Source: Porphyridium purpureum (taxonomy: Eukaryota). Taken from it: DNA of 64,000 bases. Shown piece by piece: positions 38,934 through 49,253 of this stretch. The DNA lies in assembly GCA_008690995.1 (NCBI GenBank), contig VRMN01000003.1, forward strand, positions 1,488,001-1,552,000, read 5' to 3'. Every line of letters starts with the position of its first letter. The first letter of the stretch is position 1. The notes under the pieces are model-generated. The model did not search any database, was not told the DNA's origin, and worked only from the letters and a program-made list of their open reading frames with translations. Both the position numbers and the translations under genes were made by a program.

Positions 38934-41900
38934 CTACAAGGGCGGTTCCGCTGACATGGCAGATGCCGACTTCTCCTCCGAACGCACGGCTCCTGACAAG
39001 TCCACAGGACTTGACGAGCCAGCAGATTCGCTCTGAGAACCAAAGTCATCCGCCTGCGATCCTTCAAGCTCTGGTTCCATTGTACCGCCTTCCACGACCT
39101 CCTCCGACGCATACGAAGGATCCGTGTCGTCTCGCGCCGCAAGCAACTCTGCATTCTGTCTCTGGTCTTCCAAGCCCACTGACTCACCCAAGGCAGGGTC
39201 AAGATTCATGGCCCCTCTCTGAAACTCGCGTACTAGAGCATCGGTCTCATTTGCTTCAACGGTGCCAACGTCTCCGCGCTCGAGGTGTGCAGCATGTTCT
39301 TCGTCGTTCGCGGGTAGAGTAGGCGTTGTTTCCATCCCCAGGCCTCCTGAGCGAGGTTCATTTTCAGGTGCAACACACTCCTCATCCATTGTCAAAGCAT
39401 TCGCCGGGTCCTCGGCCAAATCCTGATGCGTCGCACTTACAAAGGAACCAGATGACCGCACTGCTGTATCTGTAGCTGCCATATCTTCATTCCCAGGAGT
39501 CTCCCACAACGTGTCGTCTTTTTCATTGTCCGGTCGCTCTGCTCCCTCTCGTATTTCCTCTTGTCCCGGTACATTCTCAACCACCGTCGGTTCTGTATCC
39601 ACGGCTGTGACATCGTCTGCCGACGCCAGAGCTTCGCTCGCCGTTGCCGTGCCTCTTGTACCGGCCTGAAGCGGAGGCTTTGCTCCCACTCCGGTGCCTT
39701 CCTTTGAAACGCCGCGAGACAGATTCGCATAATACTTGGGTGGATTGATCTTTGGCGCCACGCCGCCCCTGTTACTTCCGCTTGCTGGCCTCAGCTGAGA
39801 CACCGGCGCCTTGCCGCGAATCTTTTCTGGGTCGAATGAAGCAGCAATAGCCGCATTGCGTTCGGCTTGGCTAACCGCAGTATCTGCCATAGGAATTTGG
39901 AGAGGAAGCTCGCTCTCGTTCGCCTTGGGAGTCCCTGAAGCTTTTCCGCTTTTCAAGGTTTCACGCAAGGTCGGCACAGGCCGGTCACTCACCGCATCCG
40001 GGTTCTCGTCGCGGAAGCGCTTCGCGAACTGTCTGAAAAACTCCTTGAAGTCACCCGGATGGAACTTTCCAAAGTAGTTCCGAGCAAGCGTACACTGTAC
40101 CCGTGAATACTCATCGTCCTGCTCCACCGTCACAAAGCTAAAAACCACATTGGCCGGTCGGCGCGGCGGCTCTTCTTCCTTAATGCGGACAACTATGCCC
40201 GCGCGGCTGCGGCGAAAGCGGTAATTCCATTTCAGGAGCAGCGTCTCGGTTCGCAAAGCAGCTGTGCTGGCGCGAAGCTTGCATTCAAATGAGTACCGAT
40301 CCTTAGCGTCAAGCCGCTTAATGCCGTGAATCGACATCGGAGGTTGCTGTTGATCAGAGCTTTTGAATGTGTTTGACCGATTCGCCGTACTCAATTGCCG
40401 TAAATCTAGCAAGCCCCAGCCACCAGAACTCTTTTCTGTGTTTGAACGTCCCGAACCAACTCCAAATATTTTTTGGTCATGCGCGTGTACTTCTAGAGAA
40501 GACAGTTCAGAGCCTTCGAGCGACTTGTCAGTCTTCTCCGTAATGCTACGATTCGGCACCAATTCAAACTCAATCTTTCTTCCGGGAGCGACGATATCAC
40601 CGCTGCTCACCGGCTCCCCTGAGTTGCCTCGGTCGTAGGCTACCGACTCTTTGTTTTCGTCGGATGCTTCTTCTCTTGGATGCCCGTTTCCATCCACAAC
40701 AGATGCTCCACCTGCTGACGGCTCGTCATTCTCAAAAATTGTCTCATTATCCAAACTCGCGCTGCGTGCTCTTCTTTTGCTGAAAGGCGAGAAAAGGGCC
40801 ATACGTCGATGCGGAGTCATACTTGCACTGCGTGCAGACAGGACGGATGTACCCTCACTATTACCCCGACGCACGTCAGATTCTTGTGTGTCCTGATCAG
40901 TTTCAAATGAAGCGCTGACTTGGTCTTTTTCGATCGAAAAGCTCGACCCCGTTCCATCTCCATGCTCGTCGCCCGACGCAAAGAAGCCCGCAGTACCAAA
41001 CACGCGAGGCAGCGTCAATATCTGCTTTGCTCTTCCCGAGGGGTTTGACGCCGCCCCGCTCGCTGCGGGTTCTTTGGATGTGGACCGGAGTCGCGCAAAC
41101 ATTGGTGGCCTAGTTGAGGGCTTTTGTTTTGACGCATCTCGCGCAAGAGCATCAGGCGCATTACCGGTACCGGCCGTACTCGACGCCGAATCAGCGAAAG
41201 AGCCTGCTTCGGCTCGCATCGTCTGTTGCGAATTGGGAGACGTCGCCATCGTCTTATACGGAGACTTCGGAGACTTCGGAGATTTCGGGGACGCCAAGTT
41301 GTACTCATGGCTTCTCCTGCGGGAGTCACCGCCCTCGTGGCTGCTGTTTGTTTTGGGCGAGAGCAGATGCACCAACCTTTGCGAAGCACTGGTGTGCGAT
41401 CTTGCCGCGAGCGCGCGCTCGTGCTCCTCCTTGGCGATCTGGGCCGCTTTCAAGGCTTCTGCCTCTGCTCGTTCTTCGGGTGTGAGTTCCTTCCAGTAGC
41501 CTGGGAATTCGATTGTATCCGCTGGTTTCTGATGCTTGTGTGAATTCGAAGCAGTGGAACTCGTCGGCGACAGCGGCTTTAGAGTGCCTGGCGATGTTGG
41601 AGACTGCACTGCCAATGTTGAAGCTTTCAATGCGGGTGACAAAGATTTCTCGGTCACGGTAACTCCTTCCGATGCCACTAAATGTTCCAAAGGAGCAGGG
41701 GGGACCTTGTTTCTAGGAACCAGAGTGCCGACCTCTGCACGGATACTCGTCCTCGTGGTCATCACTGGGATAGACTGGTCCATATCATCAATGCCATCAT
41801 CATCAGATCCAGACGGCGCATTTTGCGCATCATCGTGATCGTCTTCCTCTCCATACCCGCGGTCAGGAATGCGCCGAAAAGCAACACTCCCGAAGCTCGC

Positions 41901-42044
41901 CATGCTCTGATTCTGAAAGCCTCTGGACCCTCGGCTATCCTCTTCTTCCCGGGGTGTTTCTGGCTCTCCCGGCACATTTGGCGAGGCTGAAGCGACGGGC
42001 GTCTCCGGCTCCGCCACAGCGGCATGCTCCGGGTTGGTCGCCAT
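38934..42044 (-). CDS. Large low-complexity protein with a central KA1-like folded domain
   Basis: Ser/Pro/acidic disordered sequence around an ~100-aa beta-rich segment that ends in the amphipathic helix DFKEFFRQFAKRF; SPKSPKSPKSPYK repeat. Confidence 0.65.
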   Translation of the reverse strand: MATNPEHAAVAEPETPVASASPNVPGEPETPREEEDSRGSRGFQNQSMASFGSVAFRRIPDRGYGEEDDHDDAQNAPSGSDDDGIDDMDQSIPVMTTRTSIRAEVGTLVPRNKVPPAPLEHLVASEGVTVTEKSLSPALKASTLAVQSPTSPGTLKPLSPTSSTASNSHKHQKPADTIEFPGYWKELTPEERAEAEALKAAQIAKEEHERALAARSHTSASQRLVHLLSPKTNSSHEGGDSRRRSHEYNLASPKSPKSPKSPYKTMATSPNSQQTMRAEAGSFADSASSTAGTGNAPDALARDASKQKPSTRPPMFARLRSTSKEPAASGAASNPSGRAKQILTLPRVFGTAGFFASGDEHGDGTGSSFSIEKDQVSASFETDQDTQESDVRRGNSEGTSVLSARSASMTPHRRMALFSPFSKRRARSASLDNETIFENDEPSAGGASVVDGNGHPREEASDENKESVAYDRGNSGEPVSSGDIVAPGRKIEFELVPNRSITEKTDKSLEGSELSSLEVHAHDQKIFGVGSGRSNTEKSSGGWGLLDLRQLSTANRSNTFKSSDQQQPPMSIHGIKRLDAKDRYSFECKLRASTAALRTETLLLKWNYRFRRSRAGIVVRIKEEEPPRRPANVVFSFVTVEQDDEYSRVQCTLARNYFGKFHPGDFKEFFRQFAKRFRDENPDAVSDRPVPTLRETLKSGKASGTPKANESELPLQIPMADTAVSQAERNAAIAASFDPEKIRGKAPVSQLRPASGSNRGGVAPKINPPKYYANLSRGVSKEGTGVGAKPPLQAGTRGTATASEALASADDVTAVDTEPTVVENVPGQEEIREGAERPDNEKDDTLWETPGNEDMAATDTAVRSSGSFVSATHQDLAEDPANALTMDEECVAPENEPRSGGLGMETTPTLPANDEEHAAHLERGDVGTVEANETDALVREFQRGAMNLDPALGESVGLEDQRQNAELLAARDDTDPSYASEEVVEGGTMEPELEGSQADDFGSQSESAGSSSPVDLSGAVRSEEKSASAMSAEPPL

Positions 42045-43004
42045 TGCGTACCAGAATGACTTCAATACCGCGCAACGAAAGTGGGCTGCCTTGTTTCTCT
42101 GAAAGCTAGACGCTCTTGGACCAACAGCAGCACGAACGATGGCTCTGCGCACTCATCGGACGAGAAACGACCCCAATCAAACCACACGCCTTCTCGTGGC
42201 CGAAACACACCGCCAACGCGCGAACAAAAGCAAGACCTGTAACGCTCCCGCGCTGAATGCACTCGCAGCTTCGGCGGGCCAATGCGCGGCCGTCGGAATC
42301 CACTCCACTCACGGCGCGCCTCTTGCTTTACCCCCGCTGCGTCACACCTCTGCCAGCGCGCGCCGCTGCGCCGCAAACCGCTTCCGCTCCCGCTACCCCG
42401 TGCAGCCCGCCACCCACTCACTCCATAGACCAGCCGCGAGCGACTGCACACCGCACAACACACGCCCCTTCAACCCCCCTACATCAACGTTCCTCGTCCT
42501 CCTCCTTTCCCATGCATGCATGCAAACAAGCACTCACACACGCCCCCCACCCCCACTCTTCTTCTCCCCCTTCCCCCCCGTTCCCTTTCTCTTCCTACAC
42601 ACGAATCCAACTCTACCCAACACACCTAGAACAAAACGTTCGAACGCTTTCAGTGCTTCAATAAAACCACTCGCTTTTTACTATCAGCAGTCCCCCGCAC
42701 TCACATACCAAAAACCAAAAACACACACACACACACAAAAACGTGCGCACAACACGCTCGCCTCCTCAGTGTAAAATAATCATACACCGCTCTATCATCA
42801 AAACTCAAGCCCATTCAGACGAACGCGCAGCCGGCTATATTAAGAAACTGCGCAGCCGGCACGTTTTGAAAAGTCGCCCCAAAGAGAACGACCCCCATGT
42901 ACCTCTGGCAAAAGTACAGCGCTGAAGTTCATGGAGGTACACTCGTCGGTTAGATTGAGGGTCGGGAAGAGTGGGTTAGAGCGAGGGTTGGACAAGCAGC
43001 GGAT

Positions 43005-43012
43005 AAACCCTA
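43005..43012 (+). promoter_or_regulatory. Telo-box-like motif AAACCCTA upstream of RPL6
   Basis: Exact AAACCCTA about 225 bp upstream of a ribosomal protein ATG, the usual context in plants. Confidence 0.4.
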
Positions 43013-43236
43013 GTCAAAGAAGCAGCCTGCCTCGCCGGCGCCCCCCGTCCGTGTGCCAAGGAAAAGTTCTGTTCAAGCGATTTGGCCAATGTATGTGGAG
43101 AAAGCAAAACTGGCTCGTTTGATGAGAGGACGCAGAAGAGCTAACTCTGAGTAGACAGAGGCGGGGGACAAGAGCAAAGAGTCGAGACGGGAAGGTGCGG
43201 AACGGGAAGGGGAGTTGGGGAGTGTAGCGGTAGAAG

Positions 43237-43767
43237 ATGGCTCGTGCGCCACGGTACTACAGCGCAGACGATGTGCCCACGAAGAAGAAGAGCTTTAAGC
43301 CCAAGCCGGCCAAGATTCGCGCCTCGATCACCCCGGGCACCGTGCTGATCCTGCTGGCCGGCCGGTTCCGAGGAAAGCGCGTCGTGTGTTTGAAGGTGCT
43401 GCCGTCCGGTACGTTGGTCATCACGGGCCCCTACGCCGTCAACGGAGTGCCGCTCAGAAGGGTGAATCCAAGATACGTGATTGCGAGCAGCACAAAGGTG
43501 GATATTTCGTCGGTGAGCGTAGACAAGTTTGACGACGCCTACTTCAAGAAGGCCGCGAAGAAGAGTGCAAAGTCGGAGAAGGATTTCTTCCAGAAGGACG
43601 CCGAAGAGAAGCCAAAGGCCGAGCTGCCAGCGCAGTTCAAGCAAGACCAGAAGGAAGTGGACAATGCGCTCACGGCCGCGCTCAAGAAGGACGCGCTGCT
43701 CAAGTGCTACATGAAAGCGCGATTCTCGTTGACCAAAGGTCAGGCGCCCCATGAAATGAAATTCTAA
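43237..43767 (+). CDS. RPL6: 60S ribosomal protein L6 (eL6)
   Basis: RASITPGTVLILLAGRFRGKRVV.LK.L.SG.L.ITGP..VNGVPLRRVN..YVIA.STKVD and C-terminal PHEMKF. Confidence 0.98.
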   Translation: MARAPRYYSADDVPTKKKSFKPKPAKIRASITPGTVLILLAGRFRGKRVVCLKVLPSGTLVITGPYAVNGVPLRRVNPRYVIASSTKVDISSVSVDKFDDAYFKKAAKKSAKSEKDFFQKDAEEKPKAELPAQFKQDQKEVDNALTAALKKDALLKCYMKARFSLTKGQAPHEMKF

Positions 43768-43911
43768 TTCCTTGAGCGCGCGCGCTTTGTAGGCGATTCT
43801 TCGCCCGCCGAGTCGTGCGCATCGCATAGAGTAAAATCCCATCTTTTATGTGCGCTCGCGCGTGAGAGTCGTGTGCCGCAGCCACGCAACTGCCTTGTCG
43901 CATGGGGTGGA

Positions 43912-44571
43912 ATGAAGCCGGCATTTCTTGTTGTCAATCTAGTTGCGACGCCTACGAGAGCAAGCGTCTCAAGATGCTCGCAAGAGCCCGTCGCAGCACG
44001 TCGGACCAAGCCAACGACGATCTTCAGACACAGCGGGCCTCCTTTACCAACTGGCGCGCAAACTCACGACGCGTATATGCAGGAAGCAATCGACGAAGCA
44101 CATTGTGCCTACGCAGCGCTCGAGGTTCCCATTGGAGCCGTACTGGTATGCGAGCATGGTCAAATCATTGCGCGCGGGCATAACCAGGTCGAGTCGCAAT
44201 GTGATGTGTCCGCACATGCGGAGCTTGTGTGTTTGCGCAGGGCGCCAGCGGAGCGAGCACGCATTTGTCCGGCATGCCGCGAGAATCAGAGTGGCACCGC
44301 TCGGCCCGCGTCGTGGCGGTTGACAGGATGCACTCTGTACTGCACTTTGGAGCCGTGCTCGATGTGTTTGAGTGCTGCCTTGCTTGCGCGCCTCTCCGGA
44401 ATCGTGTACGGTGCGCCCGACGTGCGCCTAGGCGCAGCAGGGAGCTGGATTGACCTCTTGCGGGTGAAGCATCCCTTTCATGACTCAATCACTGTGCAGG
44501 GCGGCGTGCGGCGTACGCAGTGTGCGGCGCTGATGCGCAGTTTTTTCCGAATGCGCCGCACCATGCGCTAA
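43912..44571 (+). CDS. tadA: tRNA(Arg) adenosine deaminase TadA, organellar
   Basis: EVPIGAVLV, AHAE and LYCTLEPCSMC, plus an MKPAF.. transit-peptide-like N-terminus. Confidence 0.9.
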   Translation: MKPAFLVVNLVATPTRASVSRCSQEPVAARRTKPTTIFRHSGPPLPTGAQTHDAYMQEAIDEAHCAYAALEVPIGAVLVCEHGQIIARGHNQVESQCDVSAHAELVCLRRAPAERARICPACRENQSGTARPASWRLTGCTLYCTLEPCSMCLSAALLARLSGIVYGAPDVRLGAAGSWIDLLRVKHPFHDSITVQGGVRRTQCAALMRSFFRMRRTMR

Positions 44572-44739
44572 CTTGAAAAGCGAGTATGCAGGCTTTTGCA
44601 ACCTGCGCGGTCTTTTTTTTCTTTCTTGATTATTATCCTAACTGGCGGGGTGCATTTCCAACACGCCAGGTCCTGAGTGCTGGCACGGATCCACTCGCGG
44701 TTGAAAAGACCCTGTGTCTGACCAAGACGATGAGCGCAA

Positions 44740-45468
44740 TCAAAGCGCCTTTGGCTTTTTCGGCTTTCCGATCTGCTTTTTGCGCTGCCGCAGCATGTAG
44801 TAATACATGTAAGGTAGGCCGGGAACGTAGCAGACGAGCGCAAGGATGCAGACCACGTACATCCAAGGCTTTGGGAGCGCTTCCCTTTGCAGTGGCAGCG
44901 AGAGATAGGTCAAAACGATCTCTGATCCGGCTCCAAGCGGATACAGGAGCATGAAACCCGAGTACCGAACCCACACAAGTGGCTGGGGTGCAGTGCCGGT
45001 CAAGCTCAAGGCATAGGTCAGATACCGCGGGATTTCAGCCAAACACCACGCAAAGACCATGCTTGAAAAGACCGGCGATTGATGCATCTGCGGAAAGGGG
45101 CGCGCCACCAACCAATATACATACACGCGCGAGAGCACCTGAATAAACGTAGATATGACGGGCGATCGCACAAACCCAAACGCGGCGTGAAGCACCTCAA
45201 AGATCGCCCCAGTCTGCCAAACTGCCAGAGCAAAGCCCACATACGCAAACGCGTTTTCTGGGCCGCTTCCATTCAAATAACAATGCCCCAAGCTGCCAAG
45301 AATGTAAGTCCAGCCCAGCGCCATGCTCATGTTGTACACAAAGAGGTAATACTTCACCGCGGACATACCAGCAGAGGCACCACGCTTGCCCGCGGTATTG
45401 GTCGCGGCCGCCGACGCCGTGGACGACTCGTGCGTCATTTTATCGGACGTGTCCCCAACAGCCGACAT
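44740..45468 (-). CDS. Very-long-chain 3-hydroxyacyl-CoA dehydratase (PHS1/PAS2/HACD)
   Basis: YLFVYN, QTGA.FEVLH...G.VRSP, QV.SR, EIPRY, RYS.F..LYPLG..SE, Y.YML.QRKK and a lysine-rich C-terminus. Confidence 0.95.
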   Translation of the reverse strand: MSAVGDTSDKMTHESSTASAAATNTAGKRGASAGMSAVKYYLFVYNMSMALGWTYILGSLGHCYLNGSGPENAFAYVGFALAVWQTGAIFEVLHAAFGFVRSPVISTFIQVLSRVYVYWLVARPFPQMHQSPVFSSMVFAWCLAEIPRYLTYALSLTGTAPQPLVWVRYSGFMLLYPLGAGSEIVLTYLSLPLQREALPKPWMYVVCILALVCYVPGLPYMYYYMLRQRKKQIGKPKKPKAL

Positions 45469-47864
45469 ACCAGCGGCGTCCTCCGGCGTCTCAGGCACGA
45501 ACGCACCACCCGTCACCGTTTCCTTCCGCCTCACCCCGGGTTCAGCTACGCGTGTGGCCTCCGACCTTCCGGGTCGGTACAGTTCTAGTAGAGATTCTCA
45601 GGTACAGTTTGGTGGAGCACGCTGCACTGGAAGACGGCAGGATGGGGGCACTGACGCATACGGGCACTCGCTACGACAGGAAGAGAGTCGAACTCGATGG
45701 CCAGAGTCCTTGTTGTTCTGTCTGCGAAGAAGAGCTTGAGCCGTGCTTTGGTGCGTGCTTCATGAAAATAGGTGCTTGCTACTGACATTGCAGCATTGTG
45801 TCTTTCGGCTGTCGCTATGGCCCAGAAAGCCCAGGTCGGATGCGTTGGTCCAAAACATGAGGACTGGAACGACGTCATGTAGTGCATGAGCGAGAAATCT
45901 CCATTCCGCGCCAACTCGGTCGTGTTTAACCGGGCTAATAGTTTTGATCGAATCTGAAAGCTCGTCATGAGATGCCTGCATTGCGCAGACTGCACTGAAC
46001 AGAGAGACACGGTTGACCGCGTGGCTCGGCTCCCAAATGCAAACGGCGCAGTCTTCGTGTACGGATCACGTCGGAAGAGATGAAGACGGTAGCGAGCAGC
46101 TGCGCCCTCTGCAGCCAAGGTCACGGTCTCGAGGCACGAACAAAGGGCAGCATTTTGAATCGCAGAAGACGGCGTCGACGTGCGTTGTCATTTATCGCAT
46201 CACGTGTACCAGTGGTCCCTTCTTCCTTCTTCCCTCTTCCCTTCATTTCTAGTGACTCTGATTGTGCTTTGCTATAATCCTCGTTTTGATCTCTGTCTCT
46301 ATCCTTGTCCATCGCTCTCGCCGTGCCCAAGCATTTATGTCGGAGGCCCCGCGCCGTTGATTTCGTTTTGTGCGAGGGTGCGAAGCTCGCACCCGGGACG
46401 CACCAGAGCCAGACTGGACCAAAGCAGGCACGCAAGACAGCATTCCTTTGACAGCTCTGGGAGATGAGGTGCGCTCGTACCTCCTCCTTTAATTTGAGTC
46501 GTGGTCGGGTATATGGTAGGAGATCTCCAAGACGGCACGTCACGAGTATGATGATTGTCTGACCATGCCGTGCGCCAACTGGCTGTTCTGCCGGAAGAAT
46601 TGAACCCGTCAGGTCTCGTGCGGGTCTGCTCATATACCAAGAACGGCATTGCAAGTGCATGGCATGTGGCGCTAGGAGGAACTCTAGCTACCAGGAGATG
46701 TTCATGTTGCCGGTTTCGCTTTCGCTTTCGAAGGGTCAATTTATCTGCGCATTTGCCCACGATTTTCGCGACGGCAAAGGAATATTCTCCTTCATGGTCT
46801 AGCTGAGACGCAACACGGTCCGTGCTTTGTGTGCTTCGACTACAAATACACGAGAGCGCCCGAGTTGACAGGGCGGCAACGTTATCCGAGAATATACAGA
46901 CTGCATACCCGAAGCCGAAACGGAGGTGTCACGCTTTGTACGGGTCGTTCCGTGGGGATCATACCTCTCCACGCAAACTTGAAAGAACGCAGCCCAAGTT
47001 GCTGCCATGTAGGACCGTACGAGGTATCCTAAAACGTGGGCAGTGGCCTGCGAATAGCGCATGGTGCATGAGTCTGAAATGGTCAATACAGCAACGCAAC
47101 TTGGAAATGTACACCAAGTAAAGTCAAAATGAGACGAGGAAGGAATTGTTCCGGACGCAAATGCAGGAGTCGCCAGCACGTCGAGTGGGTTAGAGTACAC
47201 TTGAAGTTATTCAGGATGAGTAAAAAGGCTGTATCGCTGAGGACAAAATTTAGTTCCACGCTCTGGGTTCGATCGACCCCGAGCCGTGCACCAGCTCAGC
47301 AACAATTGAGTCCTTGCTGCCACGCATGCCAGGAGACATCGAGCACAAGGAGTAAAGCGCACCATTCACTCTGAATACATCGCCAGACGTGCGCGAGAAG
47401 GACGCATCGCGCGCGTGGTTCCGCAAACTCAAAACTCCATGATGCCACTTCAGCCTCAAATCTCGTCCGCTGCTGGTTAAAAGCTAGTCTGGCTCCTGAA
47501 TTTTTCGAATACGCGCGCTCAGACTTGAGCAGAGAGAGCACGAGCTGGGGTAAAGATACATATAGCAGTGTGCCTTGCAACGTCTCGTTCCACTGGTGCG
47601 TGCACGAATGTGCCCATCATTTCGCAGAGCCATCAGCCACACAGGTACAGAAGCGTTATGGGTCCAAGAGACATCGCTCGAGTTCAGCACGCACGGGCCT
47701 AGAGGTACAGTATGAGTACAGCCAACCTTCCAGCTTTTTGTCCGGAACTTATCTCGGAAATGGAGGTCGGTAGTACCAAGCGCGGGGGGGACAGAGAGGA
47801 CGAAGTGTAGGCCTGGGCTTATCGAGAGGTTGGAACTGCTCTTGAGCTGGTCTGGAGAACCACG

Positions 47865-49097
47865 ATGGCGTTTGGCTTTGCGCTCTCCTTGAGCGGCGCG
47901 CGCGCGCAGAAGCACCATGCAGGCAGCTGTTGTTTGAATGCGAGGTCTGGGAACGAAGCTCGAGTCAAGATGAACGCACCGGCCAATGTTGACGCTGCAG
48001 CATCGGCCGTGCCAGGCGTGGTGAAGAAGAAGGGCTATGATCTGAGATTTCGAAAGCTAGGTGATTCAGATTTGGTGGTGCCGGAGGTTTGTCTGGGAAC
48101 CATGACGTTTGGGAAGCAGAACACGGAGCAAGAGGGGTTCAGCCAGATGGATTGCGCGTTGGACGCAGGTGTGAATTTTCTTGACACAGCAGAGATGTAC
48201 CCGGTGCCGGTCAATGATGGGTCGCTGTGGGGTAATACAGAGAGCATTGTAGGCAAATGGCTTCGCACTCAGAAGCGCGAGGACGTGATTATCGCTACCA
48301 AAGTAGCTGGAGCGGGCCGAAACATGGAGTACGTGCGAGGAGGCCCGAGAGTGAATCGCGAGCAGATTCGTCAGGCAGTACATGATTCGCTTAAACGATT
48401 GCAAACGGACTATGTTGACCTCATACAGATTCATTGGCCCGACCGGTACGTGCCACTCTTCGGGATGCGGGCATACGACCCACAATTTGAGCGAGACGCC
48501 GTACCCATTGTCGAGCAGCTGCGAGCCTTCAAAGAGCTGGTGGACGAAGGGAAAGTGAGGTATCTTGGTGTTAGCAATGAAACGGCGTTTGGCGTGTGCG
48601 AATTCTGTCGCCTGGCGGAGCTCGATCCGAGCCTGCCCAAGATCGTGTCCATTCAGAACTCATACTCGTTACTGCATCGCGACTTTGAGTCACACATTGC
48701 CGAGGCTTGCACTCCTTGCAACTATAATGTGGGATTACTGACCTATTCGCCTCTCGCAGGGGGCGCCCTTACTGGCAAGTACCAGCGCGGGCAAAGCGCG
48801 CCCGCCGAATCGCGTTTCACGCTCTTCCCCAATTACATGAAGCGTTTTCAGGAAAGCCTCACGCTGGAGGCTGTGGAGAAGTATGTAGGCGTTGCACAGA
48901 AACACGGCATGAGTCCTACAAGGCTTGCGCTTGGATTTGCGCGCGCCCAGTGGTTTAACACGAGCACGATCATCGGAGCGACGTCGATGGAGCAGTTGCG
49001 CGAAAATTTGGATGCGTTCAACTTTGACCTTTCTCCTGAAGTTATGCAAGATATCGATTCCGTCTTCAAGCGGTATCGTGATCCTTCGATGACGTAG
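47865..49097 (+). CDS. Tas-like aldo/keto reductase, plastid-targeted
   Basis: CLGTMTFG.QN, NFLDTAEMYPVP, IATKV, QIHWPDR, IQNSYSLL and YSPLAGG; MAFGF transit peptide. Confidence 0.93.
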   Translation: MAFGFALSLSGARAQKHHAGSCCLNARSGNEARVKMNAPANVDAAASAVPGVVKKKGYDLRFRKLGDSDLVVPEVCLGTMTFGKQNTEQEGFSQMDCALDAGVNFLDTAEMYPVPVNDGSLWGNTESIVGKWLRTQKREDVIIATKVAGAGRNMEYVRGGPRVNREQIRQAVHDSLKRLQTDYVDLIQIHWPDRYVPLFGMRAYDPQFERDAVPIVEQLRAFKELVDEGKVRYLGVSNETAFGVCEFCRLAELDPSLPKIVSIQNSYSLLHRDFESHIAEACTPCNYNVGLLTYSPLAGGALTGKYQRGQSAPAESRFTLFPNYMKRFQESLTLEAVEKYVGVAQKHGMSPTRLALGFARAQWFNTSTIIGATSMEQLRENLDAFNFDLSPEVMQDIDSVFKRYRDPSMT

Positions 49098-49253
49098 ATA
49101 GTTTTACACTTGCTGCATCAAGGAAAAAAAGGCAGACCATAAAAAGCACTACACATCTTTTCTTCCGAGGACAGACGACTTCAGAGGATGAGAGTCCCCT
49201 TGATCGCCAGCACGTATGGGACCACGACCCCTAAATCCACACTAGACCCGTCC

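Noticed and set aside
38834..39202. N-terminal 123 aa of the 446-aa TPK ORF
   Set aside because: It begins at a non-ATG codon and overlaps the upstream gene's 3' end in another frame. ATG 38833 is more plausible.
47220..47293. GGGTTCGAT...CCA, tRNA-like T-loop
   Set aside because: No acceptor, D or anticodon stem could be paired.
45600..47600. 2-kb stretch of short Cys-containing ORFs, possible transposon relic
   Set aside because: No transposase or RT motif, terminal repeat or recognisable homology is visible. It remains unexplained and needs blastx.
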